Assembly (NCBI GenBank): GCA_963829525.1
Contig: CAWHIJ010000003.1
Location: 672,001-736,000, forward strand
Direction of reading: 5' to 3'
Length of the DNA: 64,000 nt
From: an uncultured Actinomycetota bacterium
GTDB lineage: Bacteria > Actinomycetota > Actinomycetes > JAHEKZ01
Shown here: one piece after another, positions 43,147 through 53,381 of the stretch
Position numbering within the stretch: the stretch's first letter is position 1
How the letters are laid out: each line of letters opens with the position of its first letter
Translations under genes and position numbers: made by a program
Notes under the pieces: generated by a model
The model's input: the letters and a program-made list of their open reading frames with translations, nothing else
Told to the model about the DNA's origin: nothing
The model's database searches: none

Positions 43147-43677
43147 ATGACCACCGAAACCCAAGCACCGCTCGTCCCCAACTTCGATGACGACGACACC
43201 GATCGCAAGATCGCCTTCATCTGCAGCAAGGGCAACCTCGACATGGCCTACCCGGCCCTGGTTCTTGCCAACGCTGCCCTTGGTGAGGGCATCGAGACGC
43301 ACCTGTTCTTCACCTTCTGGGGCTTCGACATGATCACCAAGTCTCGGATGCACGACCTGAAGTTCAGCCCGGTCGGCAACACGGCGATGCACATGCCCGT
43401 CGGGGACATTCGTATCCCTCAGGCCCTGGCACCCCTCCCCGGCATGCAGCCGATGGCAACCAAGATGATCAAGGACCAGATCGCGGCCCTCGGTGTTCCA
43501 GAGGTACCGGAGTTCCTCGACCAGATCGTTGCCTCAGGTGGCCATCTGTGGGCCTGCCGGATGTCGGCCGACATGAACAAGCTTGTTGAAGAAGATCTGT
43601 ACGAGGGAGTCGAGGCCATCATCAACGCCTCCGACTTCATCGAGATGACTGACGGTGCGCAGCTGCTCTTCATCTAG
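43147..43677 (+). CDS. DsrE/DrsE_2 (peroxiredoxin-like) sulfurtransferase
   Basis: SKGNLDMAYPALVLANAA..G.E..LFFTFWG; WACRMSADM conserved Cys; ends LLFI. Confidence 0.82.
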   Translation: MTTETQAPLVPNFDDDDTDRKIAFICSKGNLDMAYPALVLANAALGEGIETHLFFTFWGFDMITKSRMHDLKFSPVGNTAMHMPVGDIRIPQALAPLPGMQPMATKMIKDQIAALGVPEVPEFLDQIVASGGHLWACRMSADMNKLVEEDLYEGVEAIINASDFIEMTDGAQLLFI

Positions 43678-43772
43678 CGCGCCGTGCCTGCCGTTTCCGG
43701 CCCTCGGGTCGAGGGCAGCAGGTCCAGGGACGCCGTTGTGGGGGCTTTGACTGGCACCCCGAGCAACGTGCG

Positions 43773-43816
43773 GCGGCCCCGGTCGGCTCCGTGGGGGAGC
43801 CTCCGACCGGGGCCGC
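43773..43816. terminator. GC-rich hairpin between the convergent sulfur operon and aspC
   Basis: 14-bp stem GCGGCCCCGGTCGG / CCGACCGGGGCCGC. Confidence 0.55.
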
Positions 43817-43955
43817 ATTCTGCTGTCGTAGCCCCGGCAGACTTAGCGAGGCCCACCACGCTGGTGGGTGCGTGTGGAAGACCAAACGGTCGTCGGGGGA
43901 GCTATGGGGTCCGCCAAACTCGGAGCCGACCGCCCTGTCGCCGAGAGGCGCCGAC

Positions 43956-45185
43956 CTACTGGGCGTCGGCGATGAGCTTGCCGAAGCGGGTGACGCCTTC
44001 GACGATGTCGTCGTCGCCGAGTGCGTACGACAACCGGAGGTAGCCCGGCGTGCCAAATGCCTCACCGGGAACGACAGCCACCTCGGCGACGTCGAGAGCC
44101 ACATCAGCAAGCGTGAGTGATGAGTCGATCACCGTGCCGTTGATGCTCTTGCCGAGAACGCCCTTCACCGATGGGTACGCATAGAAGGCACCCTCGGGCT
44201 CGGGACAGTTGACGCCCGGGATGTCGTTGAGCATCGAGACGATGGTCTTCCGGCGTCGATCGAACGCGACGCGCATCTCGGCGGCCGCGTCCAACGGGCC
44301 GGAGACGGCTGCGAGGGCGGCCATCTGGGCGACGTTGCTGACGTTGCCCGTGGAGTGCGACTGCAGATTGGTGGCGCCCTTGATGATGTCCTTGGGGCCG
44401 ATGACCCAGCCCACGCGCCATCCGGTCATGGCGAAGGTCTTGGCCACACCGTTGACGATCACGCAACGGTCGACGATGTCGGGCACGAGGTTCGGCATCG
44501 ACGAAAAAGTGACATCGCCGTAGACGAGGTGCTCGTAGATCTCGTCGGTCATCACCCAGATGCCATGCTCGACGGCCCACCGCCCGATGGCGGTGATCTG
44601 CTGGGCAGAGTAGACAGCGCCGGTGGGGTTCGACGGAGAGCTGAAGATCAGCATCTTGGTGCGCGGGGTACGAGCTGCCTCAAGCTGCTCGACCGTGGCC
44701 CGGTAGCCGGTGGTCTCGTCGGTGACGACCGGAACGGGCACGCCGCCGAAGATGGAGACGGCAGCTGGGTAGGTCACCCAGTAGGGCGCCTGGATGATGA
44801 CCTCGTCGCCGGGGTCGATCAGTGATGCGATGGCGCTGAAGATGGCGTGTTTGCCGCCGTTGGTCACCAGCACCTGGGACGCCTCGACCTCGAGGCCGGA
44901 GTCGCGCAGCGTCTTGGCGGCGATGGCCTCGCGCAGTGCTGGAAGGCCAGCAGCGGGGGTGTACCGGTGCCAACGCGGGTCGTGGGCAGCCGCTGCCGCC
45001 GCCTCGACGATGTAGTCGGGAGTGGGGAAGTCCGGCTCTCCGGCACCGAAGCCGATCACCGGCCGGCCAGCTGCCTTGAGCGCCTTTGCCTTGGAGTCGA
45101 CGGCCAGCGTGGCTGACTCTTCGATGTCGGCCACCCTGGCCGAAAGACGCGGGGCGGGCGAGGAGGGCGAGGAGGGAACAGTCAT
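43956..45185 (-). CDS. aspC: Class I PLP-dependent (aspartate) aminotransferase
   Basis: [39 protein letters not shown]. Confidence 0.88.
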   Translation of the reverse strand: MTVPSSPSSPAPRLSARVADIEESATLAVDSKAKALKAAGRPVIGFGAGEPDFPTPDYIVEAAAAAAHDPRWHRYTPAAGLPALREAIAAKTLRDSGLEVEASQVLVTNGGKHAIFSAIASLIDPGDEVIIQAPYWVTYPAAVSIFGGVPVPVVTDETTGYRATVEQLEAARTPRTKMLIFSSPSNPTGAVYSAQQITAIGRWAVEHGIWVMTDEIYEHLVYGDVTFSSMPNLVPDIVDRCVIVNGVAKTFAMTGWRVGWVIGPKDIIKGATNLQSHSTGNVSNVAQMAALAAVSGPLDAAAEMRVAFDRRRKTIVSMLNDIPGVNCPEPEGAFYAYPSVKGVLGKSINGTVIDSSLTLADVALDVAEVAVVPGEAFGTPGYLRLSYALGDDDIVEGVTRFGKLIADAQ

Positions 45186-45423
45186 GCAGCCAGTGTCCCA
45201 CCGGGCGGCTCGAGCCAGGCAGGGCGTTCCACACACCATCCTCTGTCGCCCTCCTTGGCGCCCTCCTCTGGCGTCAGTGCGGCCACACCCGCGGTTCGAC
45301 GGCGCCCGCCTCGACCCCGTAGACTCACCGCCGGTGGCATTTGCCATGGTCTTGCCATGCCCGGACTTCTGTGAAGACCCTCACAGCCCGGGTGTGGCCC
45401 GCCCGGACGCCTATGCCTCCTGG

Positions 45424-45496
45424 AGGGCAGTAGCTCAATTGGCAGAGTCCCGGTCTCCAAAACCGGTGGTTGGGGGTTCGAGTCCCTCCTGCCCTG
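45424..45496 (+). tRNA. tRNA-Trp(CCA)
   Basis: AGGGCAG/CTGCCCT stem, CCGGT-CTCCAAA-ACCGG, GGTTCGAGTC; canonical position before secE. Confidence 0.95.
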
Positions 45497-45568
45497 CACG
45501 TGGCGGCAACCGTCGTCAGGTCAACGCAAGTCCGTCTTGGCGGGCGTGAACAAGGTCAGGTGAGGCTG

Positions 45569-45817
45569 GTGGCGGAGTCGCGCGGTTCGACCGCCACGCC
45601 CGAGCACGGCCAGTCGGCGCAGAAGAAGGGCTTGATCGCCAGGATCTTGCTCTTCTACCGCCAGGTTGTCGCGGAGATGCGCAAGGTCGTCTGGCCGACG
45701 CGCAACGAGCTGATCACCTACACGATCGTCGTCGTGGTGTTCGTCGCGTCGTTCGCCGCGATCGTCCTGGTGTTCGACATCGGCGTTGCCAAGGTTGTCA
45801 GAGCCGTTTTCGGCTGA
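45569..45817 (+). CDS. secE: Preprotein translocase subunit SecE
   Basis: QVVAEMRKVVWPTRNEL followed by one TM segment. Confidence 0.92.
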   Translation: MAESRGSTATPEHGQSAQKKGLIARILLFYRQVVAEMRKVVWPTRNELITYTIVVVVFVASFAAIVLVFDIGVAKVVRAVFG

Positions 45818-45848
45818 CCGAAGAACTGATCGTCAGGAGTTTCGTACC

Positions 45849-46603
45849 GTGTCCGAGCTTGAAACCGGCGCAGCCGTCGACGTCACCGACGCTATCCGAC
45901 GACGACGGCCGTCGAGGTGACGCCAGATGCCGCAGACGCCGATGGGTCAGTTGCCGACGGGGACTCTTTGGCGGGTCGAGGAAGCTGAGGCCGAGCCCGA
46001 GGTCGACCCCGCGAGGATTTCCGCGACCACCTGAACAGCCTTCCCGGTGACTGGTACGTCGTGCACTCCTACGCCGGGTACGAGAATCGGGTGAAGCAAA
46101 ACCTCGAGAACCGCCGTACTTCGCTGTCGATGGAGGAGTTCATCCACGATGTCCAGGTGCCGCAGGAGGAGGTCATCGAGATCAAGCAGGGGCAGCGCAA
46201 GCAGGTCAAGCGCAACAAGTTCCCCGGCTACGTCCTCGTCCGGATGGACCTCACCGACGAGTCGTGGTCAACGGTTCGGCATACCCCAGGTGTGACCGGT
46301 TTCGTCGGTCACGCCCACCAGCCAACGCCGCTCACCTCAGATGAGGTCATCTCGATCCTGTACGTCGAGCCAGAAGCCGCACCTGGCAAGGCCTCGGCGG
46401 GTGGTGGGCTCAGCAAGAGCGAGACGACCCTCGTCGACTTCGAGGTCGGCGAGTCCGTCACCGTGATCGATGGCGCCTTCGCCACCCTCCCCGCAACCAT
46501 CAACGAGATCAACCCGGACGCCCAAAAGTTGAAGGTGCTCGTGTCGATCTTCGGTCGTGAGACGCCTGTCGAGCTCTCGTTCGACCAGGTCGAGAAGCTC
46601 TAA
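45849..46603 (+). CDS. nusG: Transcription factor NusG (frameshifted within the acidic N-terminal extension)
   Basis: [34 protein letters not shown] domain [10 protein letters not shown]; GTG 45849 after AGGAG is out of frame with the core. Confidence 0.9.
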
Positions 46604-46645
46604 CCCGCCCAGACTGCCCGCAGCTACCGAAGAGAAGGACCCGCA

Positions 46646-47077
46646 ATGCCCCCCAAGAAGAAGGTCTCCGGCCTCATCAAGCTTCAGATCGAGGCTGGCC
46701 AGGCCAACCCCGCCCCGCCGGTGGGCCCAGCCCTCGGCCAGCACGGCGTCAACATCATGGAGTTCTGCAAGGCCTACAACGCGGCGACTGAGTCGCAGCG
46801 TGGCAACGTGATTCCGGTCGAGATCACGGTCTACGAAGACCGCTCCTTCACCTTCATCACGAAGACTCCGCCGGCCGCCAAGCTCATCCTCAAGGCTGCT
46901 GGTCTCGACAAGGGATCTGGCGTCCCGCACAAGGACAAGGTCGGATCGCTCACCCGTGACCAGGTCCGGTCGATCGCCGAGCAGAAGATGGCCGACCTCA
47001 ACGCCAATGACCTCGACGCCGCCGAGAAGATCATCGCCGGTACCGCACGGTCGATGGGCGTTACCGTTACTGAGTAG
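46646..47077 (+). CDS. rplK: 50S ribosomal protein L11
   Basis: [30 protein letters not shown]. Confidence 0.98.
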   Translation: MPPKKKVSGLIKLQIEAGQANPAPPVGPALGQHGVNIMEFCKAYNAATESQRGNVIPVEITVYEDRSFTFITKTPPAAKLILKAAGLDKGSGVPHKDKVGSLTRDQVRSIAEQKMADLNANDLDAAEKIIAGTARSMGVTVTE

Positions 47078-47107
47078 CACCAACGATGCACGATCTTCAA
47101 CAGAAAT

Positions 47108-47135
47108 GTGGGAGGGCCTCCGGCCCACACACCAC
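47108..47135 (+). promoter_or_regulatory. Candidate L1-binding translational operator hairpin
   Basis: GTGG-GA-GGGCC-TCC-GGCCC-ACACA-CCAC asymmetric internal-loop hairpin between rplK and rplA. Confidence 0.45.
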
Positions 47136-47183
47136 ACCTGACAATGCCGCTCATCACGAGCGGCTCAGAATGGAGTCAGACAC

Positions 47184-47897
47184 ATGAAGCGCAGCAAGGG
47201 TTATGAGGCAGCCGCGGCCAAGATTGATGCGGACAAGCTGTACACACCTGTCGACGCGGTCCGTCTGGCCAAGGACACGTCGCCGATGAAGAACCCAGCC
47301 ACCGTCGAGGTCGCCATGCGGTTGGGCGTCGACCCCCGCAAGGCTGATCAGATGATCCGGGGAACGGTCAACCTTCCGCACGGAACCGGGAAGACTGCCC
47401 GCGTCATCGTCTTCGCCGCTGGTGAGAAGGCTGAGCAGGCTCGAGCAGCTGGCGCCGACGAGGTCGGGTCGGACGATCTCATCGAGAAGGTGTCGGGTGG
47501 CTGGACCGACTTCGACGCCGCCGTCGCAACTCCTGACCTCATGGGCAAGGTCGGTCGCCTCGGCAAGGTGCTGGGTCCCCGCGGACTGATGCCGAACCCG
47601 AAGACCGGCACCGTGACGATGGACGTCGCCAAAGCTGTCGAGGACATCAAGGGCGGAAAGATCGAGTTTCGCGTCGACCGACACTCAAATCTGCACATGA
47701 TCATTGGCAAGACCTCGTTCAGCGAGGAGCAACTTGTCGAGAACTACGCAGCCGCGCTCGAGGAAGTTCTTCGTCTCAAGCCTTCAAGTGCCAAGGGCCG
47801 CTACATCAGGAAGATTGCCGTTTCGACCACCATGGGTCCCGGGATCTTGGTCGACCCGAACCGGACGCGCAACGTCACGGTCGACGACAACGCCTGA
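47184..47897 (+). CDS. rplA: 50S ribosomal protein L1
   Basis: [39 protein letters not shown]. Confidence 0.98.
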   Translation: MKRSKGYEAAAAKIDADKLYTPVDAVRLAKDTSPMKNPATVEVAMRLGVDPRKADQMIRGTVNLPHGTGKTARVIVFAAGEKAEQARAAGADEVGSDDLIEKVSGGWTDFDAAVATPDLMGKVGRLGKVLGPRGLMPNPKTGTVTMDVAKAVEDIKGGKIEFRVDRHSNLHMIIGKTSFSEEQLVENYAAALEEVLRLKPSSAKGRYIRKIAVSTTMGPGILVDPNRTRNVTVDDNA

Positions 47898-47934
47898 ACC
47901 CGCCAACGACCACGTTGCGTGGCCGGGACCCGTT

Positions 47935-47963
47935 TTGACCAGGGTGCGACGGCCCCGTAGTCT
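47935..47963 (+). promoter_or_regulatory. Sigma-A promoter of rplJL
   Basis: TTGACC-17 nt-TAGTCT. Confidence 0.7.
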
Positions 47964-47971
47964 TGGAGCAC

Positions 47972-48110
47972 CAAAGACCGCTGGTTACCTGAGGGGCCGT
48001 CCCTCAGGTCGAAGGCCCGTAGTTGCGGGCGGCCCGCCGAGGTGAACGAGTGTCCTGCCCCGACGCCACAGGCGTCCGGTCACGCCCCGTGCGCCTGCGC
48101 CGGGGCGTTC
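47972..48110 (+). ncRNA. L10 ribosomal leader
   Basis: AAGACCGCTGG...GAAGG...CCCGCCGAGG motif plus downstream hairpin ACGCCCCG/CGGGGCGT in the rplJ 5' UTR. Confidence 0.6.
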
Positions 48111-48161
48111 GTCGTTTCACAAGGGCTGGGAACCGGCGATCCGACCAGGTTAAGGAGATCC

Positions 48162-48866
48162 ATGGCGCGGGCTGACAAAGCAGCTGCCGTTGCAGAGATC
48201 GCGGACCAGTTCCGTGACTCGTCCGGCGCCGTGCTCACCGAGTACCGCGGCCTGACCGTGAAGCAGCTCAAAGAGCTGCGTAGTGCTCTCGGTGGGAACG
48301 CCACCTACGCCGTGGTGAAGAACACGCTGACCAAGATCGCGGCCAAAGATGCCGGGGTCGAGGGGCTGAGCGAACTGCTCGCCGGTCCATCCGCCATCGC
48401 CTTCATCACCGGTGACGCGGTGGAGACGGCCAAGGGGCTGCGTGACTTTGCCAAGGCCAACCCCCAGTTGCTGATCAAGGGCGGAGTGCTCGACGGAAAG
48501 TCGCTCACCCCGGCCGAGATCGACAGGCTGGCATCGCTTGAGTCTCGTGAGGTTCTCCTCGCCAAGCTCGCCGGTGCCATGAAGGCGTCGCTGTCTGGCG
48601 CCGTCGCGCTCTTTGCCGCTCCGCTGTCGCAGACAGCGCGCGTCCTCGGCGCGTTGCAAGAGAAGGCACAGCAGGACCCGTCGGTCCTCGCTGGCGGTGC
48701 CGGTACCCCGGCTCCCGCCGCAGCAGAGGCCCCAGAGCATGTGGAGGCTCCCGCCGAAGCGGAGGCCGCCACGGCTGCTGAGACCGAAGCGGCAGTCGAC
48801 GAGGCACCGGCAGCAGAGGCGCCAGCCCCTGCCGCTGAGGCCGAGGAGACGACCCCCGAGGGCTGA
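48162..48866 (+). CDS. rplJ: 50S ribosomal protein L10 with Ala/Glu/Pro-rich tail
   Basis: EYRGLTV..L..LR, VVKNTL, L.GP.AIAF, KGG; TAAGGAG RBS. Confidence 0.96.
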   Translation: MARADKAAAVAEIADQFRDSSGAVLTEYRGLTVKQLKELRSALGGNATYAVVKNTLTKIAAKDAGVEGLSELLAGPSAIAFITGDAVETAKGLRDFAKANPQLLIKGGVLDGKSLTPAEIDRLASLESREVLLAKLAGAMKASLSGAVALFAAPLSQTARVLGALQEKAQQDPSVLAGGAGTPAPAAAEAPEHVEAPAEAEAATAAETEAAVDEAPAAEAPAPAAEAEETTPEG

Positions 48867-48932
48867 CCGCCCGGTAGGAACCCACCTCATAACAGAGCCC
48901 TCCCGGGCCGACAACATGGAAGGACGCCGATC

Positions 48933-49325
48933 ATGGCGAAGATGAGCACCGATGAACTGCTCGATGCGTTCAAGGAAATGACGCTGATCGAGCTGAGCGA
49001 GTTCGTGAAGCAGTTCGAGGAGACCTTCGAGGTCACCGCGGCTGCCCCCGTCGCCGTCGCGGCAGCTCCTGTGGCCGGTGGCGCTGCCGGTGGCGGCGAG
49101 GCTGCGGCCGAGCAGGATGAGTTCGATGTCGTACTCGAAGCTGCTGGTGACAAGAAGATCCAGGTCATCAAGGAGGTGCGCGCCCTCACGAGCCTCGGCC
49201 TGAAGGAGGCCAAGGACCTCGTCGAGAGCACCCCGAAGCCGGTCCTGGAGAAGGTCGCCAAGGACGCAGCCGACAAGGCCAAGGAGGCCCTCGAGGCCGC
49301 TGGCGCCACGGTGACGCTGAAGTAG
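48933..49325 (+). CDS. rplL: 50S ribosomal protein L7/L12
   Basis: [27 protein letters not shown]. Confidence 0.98.
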   Translation: MAKMSTDELLDAFKEMTLIELSEFVKQFEETFEVTAAAPVAVAAAPVAGGAAGGGEAAAEQDEFDVVLEAAGDKKIQVIKEVRALTSLGLKEAKDLVESTPKPVLEKVAKDAADKAKEALEAAGATVTLK

Positions 49326-49341
49326 CAACGCACTACCTAAG

Positions 49342-49375
49342 GAACGGCCTGCCCCATCGATGGGGCAGGCCGTTC
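49342..49375. terminator. Perfect 34-bp palindrome after rplL
   Basis: GAACGGCCTGCCCCATC|GATGGGGCAGGCCGTTC. Confidence 0.75.
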
Positions 49376-49386
49376 GTCATTCCGAG

Positions 49387-49433
49387 GGCCGGGCTCGCTG
49401 GCCGGGTTCGCTGGCCGGGCTCGCTCGCCGGGC
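49387..49433. repeat. 13-bp tandem repeat, about 3.6 copies
   Basis: GGCCGGGCTCGCT, GGCCGGGTTCGCT, GGCCGGGCTCGCT, CGCCGGGC. Confidence 0.8.
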
Positions 49434-49618
49434 CGCCAACCAGCATCGGCAATCAGGTCACAACCGGGCGGATGTGCTTGACGCGCCTAGGCTTTTGGCC
49501 TCATAGTCTTGGCCAGTGCTCGTTGCGCACTTGGGCAGCCGGCCCCTTTCGGGGATCAGCCGCCCGGTGCGTTCGACCCAGGTCGGTCCCGCAAGGGTCG
49601 GACTGAAGGAGGCGCGAC

Positions 49619-49648
49619 TGGACAGCCGCGGCCGCATGCCGCTACGCT
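49619..49648 (+). promoter_or_regulatory. Putative rpoB promoter
   Basis: TGGACA-18 nt-TACGCT. Confidence 0.5.
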
Positions 49649-49828
49649 GTCGCTTTGCGCTGCCCTGACCCCTCTCTCAGCTAATCCTCTCGTCGCGCCT
49701 TGAACGCGTGCCCCGTGCCTGCATGGTGCCCGCCAACGCGTATGGCGTCGAGATCGGCTCCTCGAGGTCCCGCTGATGTGGGGGTCCGACCGGTTGCGCG
49801 CTGTAAGTCGAGCCCGGAAGGACGCCTC

Positions 49829-52800
49829 TTGGCCCCCTCGCGAAACGCCAGTAGCTCTGTCAACACCCCAGCGCCCGTGACGCCCCGGCTGAGTTTCGCC
49901 AAGATCTCGGAGTCATTGCCGGTCCCTGATCTGCTCGACCTTCAGGTCAAGAGCTTCGACTGGTTGCTCGGCAACGACGTCTGGAGGGCGAGGGTCGAGG
50001 AGGCAGCCGCATCCTCGAAGCCAATCCCCGACAAGTCGGGGCTCGAGGAGATCTTCGAGGAGATCAGCCCGATCGAGGACTTCCAGGGCACGATGTCGCT
50101 CAGCTTCCGCGATCACCGGTTCGAGCCGCCGAAGAACTCCGTGGACGAGTGCAAGGATCGGGACTTCACCTACTCGGCGCCGCTGTTCGTCACCGCTGAG
50201 TTCATGAACAACGAGACCGGCGAGATCAAGTCCCAGACGGTATTCATGGGCGACTTCCCGTTGATGACCAACAAGGGCACGTTCGTCATCAACGGCACCG
50301 AGCGTGTCGTGGTATCGCAGTTGGTTCGTTCCCCCGGCGTCTACTTCGAGCGCTCGGTCGACAAGGCGTCCGACAAAGACATCTACACCGCCAAGATCAT
50401 CCCCTCACGGGGTGCCTGGCTTGAGTTCGAGATCGACAAGAAAGACATCGTCTCAGTTCGCGTGGACCGTAAGCGCAAGCAGAACGTGACCGTCCTGCTC
50501 AAGGCCCTCGGCTGGGATGACGCCAAGATCCGTGAAGAGCTCGGCGCCTACGAGTCCATCAATCTGACGCTCGACAAGGACAACACCACCACCCAGGACG
50601 AAGCCCTGCTCGACATCTACCGCAAGCTGCGGCCAGGCGAGCCGCCGACCCGTGAGGCTGCCCAGACTCTGCTCGACAACCTCTACTTCAACGGCAAGCG
50701 CTACGACCTGGCGAAGGTCGGCCGCTACAAGGTCAACAAGAAGCTTGGCCTTGAGCGCCCGCTCTCCGACACCGTCTTGACCGTTGACGACATCGTCGCC
50801 GCGATCAAGTACATCGTCGCTCTTCACGCCGGCGAGACCGAGGCGCCCAGCACCAAGGGCACCATCCGCGTCGAGACCGACGACATCGACCACTTCGGTA
50901 ACCGACGGCTCCGTACGGTAGGCGAGCTCATCCAGAACCAGGTCCGTACTGGCCTGGCTCGCATGGAGCGCGTCGTTCGTGAGCGCATGACCACCCAAGA
51001 CGTCGAGGCGATCACGCCGCAGACTCTGATCAACATCCGGCCCGTTGTTGCCTCCATCAAGGAGTTCTTCGGCACCAGCCAGCTTTCGCAGTTCATGGAC
51101 CAGACAAACCCGCTGGCCGGGCTGACCCACAAGCGGCGCCTGTCGGCACTCGGCCCCGGTGGCCTCTCGCGTGAGCGCGCAGGCTTCGAGGTCCGCGATG
51201 TCCATCCCTCGCACTACGGACGCATGTGCCCCATCGAGACGCCAGAAGGCCCCAACATCGGGCTGATCGGGTCGCTGTCGACCTACGGTCGGGTGAATCC
51301 GTTCGGCTTTATCGAGACGCCGTATCGCAGGGTTACCAAGGGCAAGGTCACCGACCAGATCGACTACCTGACCGCTGACGAGGAAGACCTCCACGTCATC
51401 GCCCAGGCGAACGCCGTCCTTGGCCCGGACAACAAGTTCACCGAAGAGCGCGTGCTCGTGCGCACCAAGGCTGGCGAAGTCGACTACGTCCACGGGTCTG
51501 ACGTCGACTTCATGGACGTTTCGCCCAGGCAGATCTGGTCGGTCGCCACTGCGCTGATCCCGTTCCTCGAGCATGACGACGCCAACCGTGCGCTGATGGG
51601 TTCGAACATGCAGCGCCAGGCTGTTCCGCTGCTCCGCCCGGAGTCACCGCTGGTGGGTACCGGTATGGAGCACCGCGCCGCCGTTGACGCTGGCGACGTG
51701 GTCACGGCCGAGGTCGCCGGCGTCGTGCAGGAGGTCGCTGCCGACCACATCACGATCGAGCAGGACGACGGCGTCCACCGCACCTACCGGATCGCGAAGT
51801 TCATGCGTTCCAACCAAGGCACGTCCTACAACCAGAAGCCGCTGGTTGACGAAGGTGCACGGGTCGAGGCCGGACAGGTCATTGCCGACGGCCCGAGTAC
51901 GCAGAAGGGCGAGCTCGGACTCGGCAAGAACCTGCTGGTTGCGTTCATGTCGTGGGAGGGACACAACTACGAGGACGCGATCATCCTCTCGGAGCGCTTG
52001 GTCAAGGACGACGTTCTTTCCTCGATCCACATCGAGGAGCACGAGGTCGACGCTCGCGACACCAAACTCGGCCCTGAAGAGATCACCCGGGACATACCGA
52101 ACGTCTCCGAAGAGGTACTGGCCGACCTCGACGAGCGGGGCATTATCCGTATCGGCGCCGAGGTTCGGCCGGGCGACATTCTCGTCGGCAAGGTTACGCC
52201 GAAGGGCGAGACCGAACTGACACCTGAAGAGCGCCTCCTCCGCGCGATCTTCGGTGAGAAGGCTCGCGAAGTTCGGGACACCTCGCTCAAGGTGCCGCAC
52301 GGTGAGTCCGGCATCATCATCGGCGTTCGCGTCTTTGAGCGGGAGAACGGCGACGAGCTTCCCCCAGGCGTCAACGAGCTGGTTCGCGTCTACGTGGCAC
52401 AGAAGCGCAAGATCACCGAGGGCGACAAGCTCGCCGGACGTCACGGCAACAAGGGCGTCATCTCCAAGATCCTGCCGGAAGAGGACATGCCTTTCCTCGA
52501 GGACGGCACCCCGGTCGACATTGTGCTCAACCCACTCGGTGTCCCTGGACGCATGAACGTGGGTCAGGTTCTCGAGACGCACCTCGGGTGGGTCGCCAAG
52601 ACCGGATGGTCGATCGAGGGCACTCCGCCCTGGGCCGCCCGACTGTCGGAAGAGGCGCAGTCGGCCGAACCGGGCACCAAGGTTGCCACCCCGGTCTTCG
52701 ACGGAGCTCGAGAAGAGGAGATCACCGGCCTGCTTGGCTCGACCCACCCGAACCGTGACGGCGTACAGCTGATCGGATCATCGGGGAAGGCCACGTTGTT

Positions 52801-53299
52801 CGACGGCCGGACCGGCGAGCTGCTGCCCCAGGCAGTCTCGGTCGGCTACATCTACATCCTCAAGCTGCTCCACCTGGTGGATGACAAGATCCACGCCCGG
52901 AGCACCGGTCCGTACTCGATGATCACCCAGCAGCCGCTTGGCGGTAAGGCGCAGTTCGGCGGTCAGCGATTTGGTGAGATGGAGGTTTGGGCGCTCGAGG
53001 CGTACGGCGCTGCGTACGCACTCCAAGAGCTCCTCACCATCAAGTCCGACGACGTTCTCGGTCGCGTGAAGGTTTACGAGGCCATCGTCAAGGGCGAGAA
53101 CATCCCAGAGCCAGGCATCCCTGAGTCTTTCAAGGTGCTCATCAAGGAGATGCAGTCGCTTTGTCTCAACGTCGAGGTGCTGTCCAGCGACGGTATGTCG
53201 ATCGAGATGCGCGACACCGATGATGAGGTCTTCCGCGCCGCGGAAGAGCTCGGTATCGACCTGTCCCGGCGTGAGCCGAGCAGTGTCGAAGAGGTCTGA
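49829..53299 (+). CDS. rpoB: RNA polymerase beta subunit
   Basis: [49 protein letters not shown]; TTG start after GGAAGGA. Confidence 0.98.
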   Translation: MAPSRNASSSVNTPAPVTPRLSFAKISESLPVPDLLDLQVKSFDWLLGNDVWRARVEEAAASSKPIPDKSGLEEIFEEISPIEDFQGTMSLSFRDHRFEPPKNSVDECKDRDFTYSAPLFVTAEFMNNETGEIKSQTVFMGDFPLMTNKGTFVINGTERVVVSQLVRSPGVYFERSVDKASDKDIYTAKIIPSRGAWLEFEIDKKDIVSVRVDRKRKQNVTVLLKALGWDDAKIREELGAYESINLTLDKDNTTTQDEALLDIYRKLRPGEPPTREAAQTLLDNLYFNGKRYDLAKVGRYKVNKKLGLERPLSDTVLTVDDIVAAIKYIVALHAGETEAPSTKGTIRVETDDIDHFGNRRLRTVGELIQNQVRTGLARMERVVRERMTTQDVEAITPQTLINIRPVVASIKEFFGTSQLSQFMDQTNPLAGLTHKRRLSALGPGGLSRERAGFEVRDVHPSHYGRMCPIETPEGPNIGLIGSLSTYGRVNPFGFIETPYRRVTKGKVTDQIDYLTADEEDLHVIAQANAVLGPDNKFTEERVLVRTKAGEVDYVHGSDVDFMDVSPRQIWSVATALIPFLEHDDANRALMGSNMQRQAVPLLRPESPLVGTGMEHRAAVDAGDVVTAEVAGVVQEVAADHITIEQDDGVHRTYRIAKFMRSNQGTSYNQKPLVDEGARVEAGQVIADGPSTQKGELGLGKNLLVAFMSWEGHNYEDAIILSERLVKDDVLSSIHIEEHEVDARDTKLGPEEITRDIPNVSEEVLADLDERGIIRIGAEVRPGDILVGKVTPKGETELTPEERLLRAIFGEKAREVRDTSLKVPHGESGIIIGVRVFERENGDELPPGVNELVRVYVAQKRKITEGDKLAGRHGNKGVISKILPEEDMPFLEDGTPVDIVLNPLGVPGRMNVGQVLETHLGWVAKTGWSIEGTPPWAARLSEEAQSAEPGTKVATPVFDGAREEEITGLLGSTHPNRDGVQLIGSSGKATLFDGRTGELLPQAVSVGYIYILKLLHLVDDKIHARSTGPYSMITQQPLGGKAQFGGQRFGEMEVWALEAYGAAYALQELLTIKSDDVLGRVKVYEAIVKGENIPEPGIPESFKVLIKEMQSLCLNVEVLSSDGMSIEMRDTDDEVFRAAEELGIDLSRREPSSVEEV

Positions 53300-53381
53300 G
53301 GTTTCGCCGGAGCACGCACTTTGCTCCGGCCGGCCTCAGGCGGACCTGACGACGACTAGATCCAAGAAGGACTGGTAAACC

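Noticed and set aside
36657-45496. All four tRNA genes lack an encoded CCA end
   Set aside because: Common in actinobacteria, where CCA is added post-transcriptionally.
49387-49433. Tandem repeats as a CRISPR array
   Set aside because: Units are 11-13 bp, directly adjacent, without spacers or cas genes.
49478-49509. TTGACG...TAGTCT promoter-like pair upstream of rpoB
   Set aside because: The 20-nt spacer is too long for a standard sigma-A promoter; not called, although the -10 may still be used.
51061-51180. RpoB rifampicin region reads [11 protein letters not shown] rather than the mycobacterial DQNNPLSGLTH
   Set aside because: The key D, H and S (RRLS) residues are intact, and T/A at these positions occurs in rifampicin-sensitive Firmicutes; not evidence of resistance.
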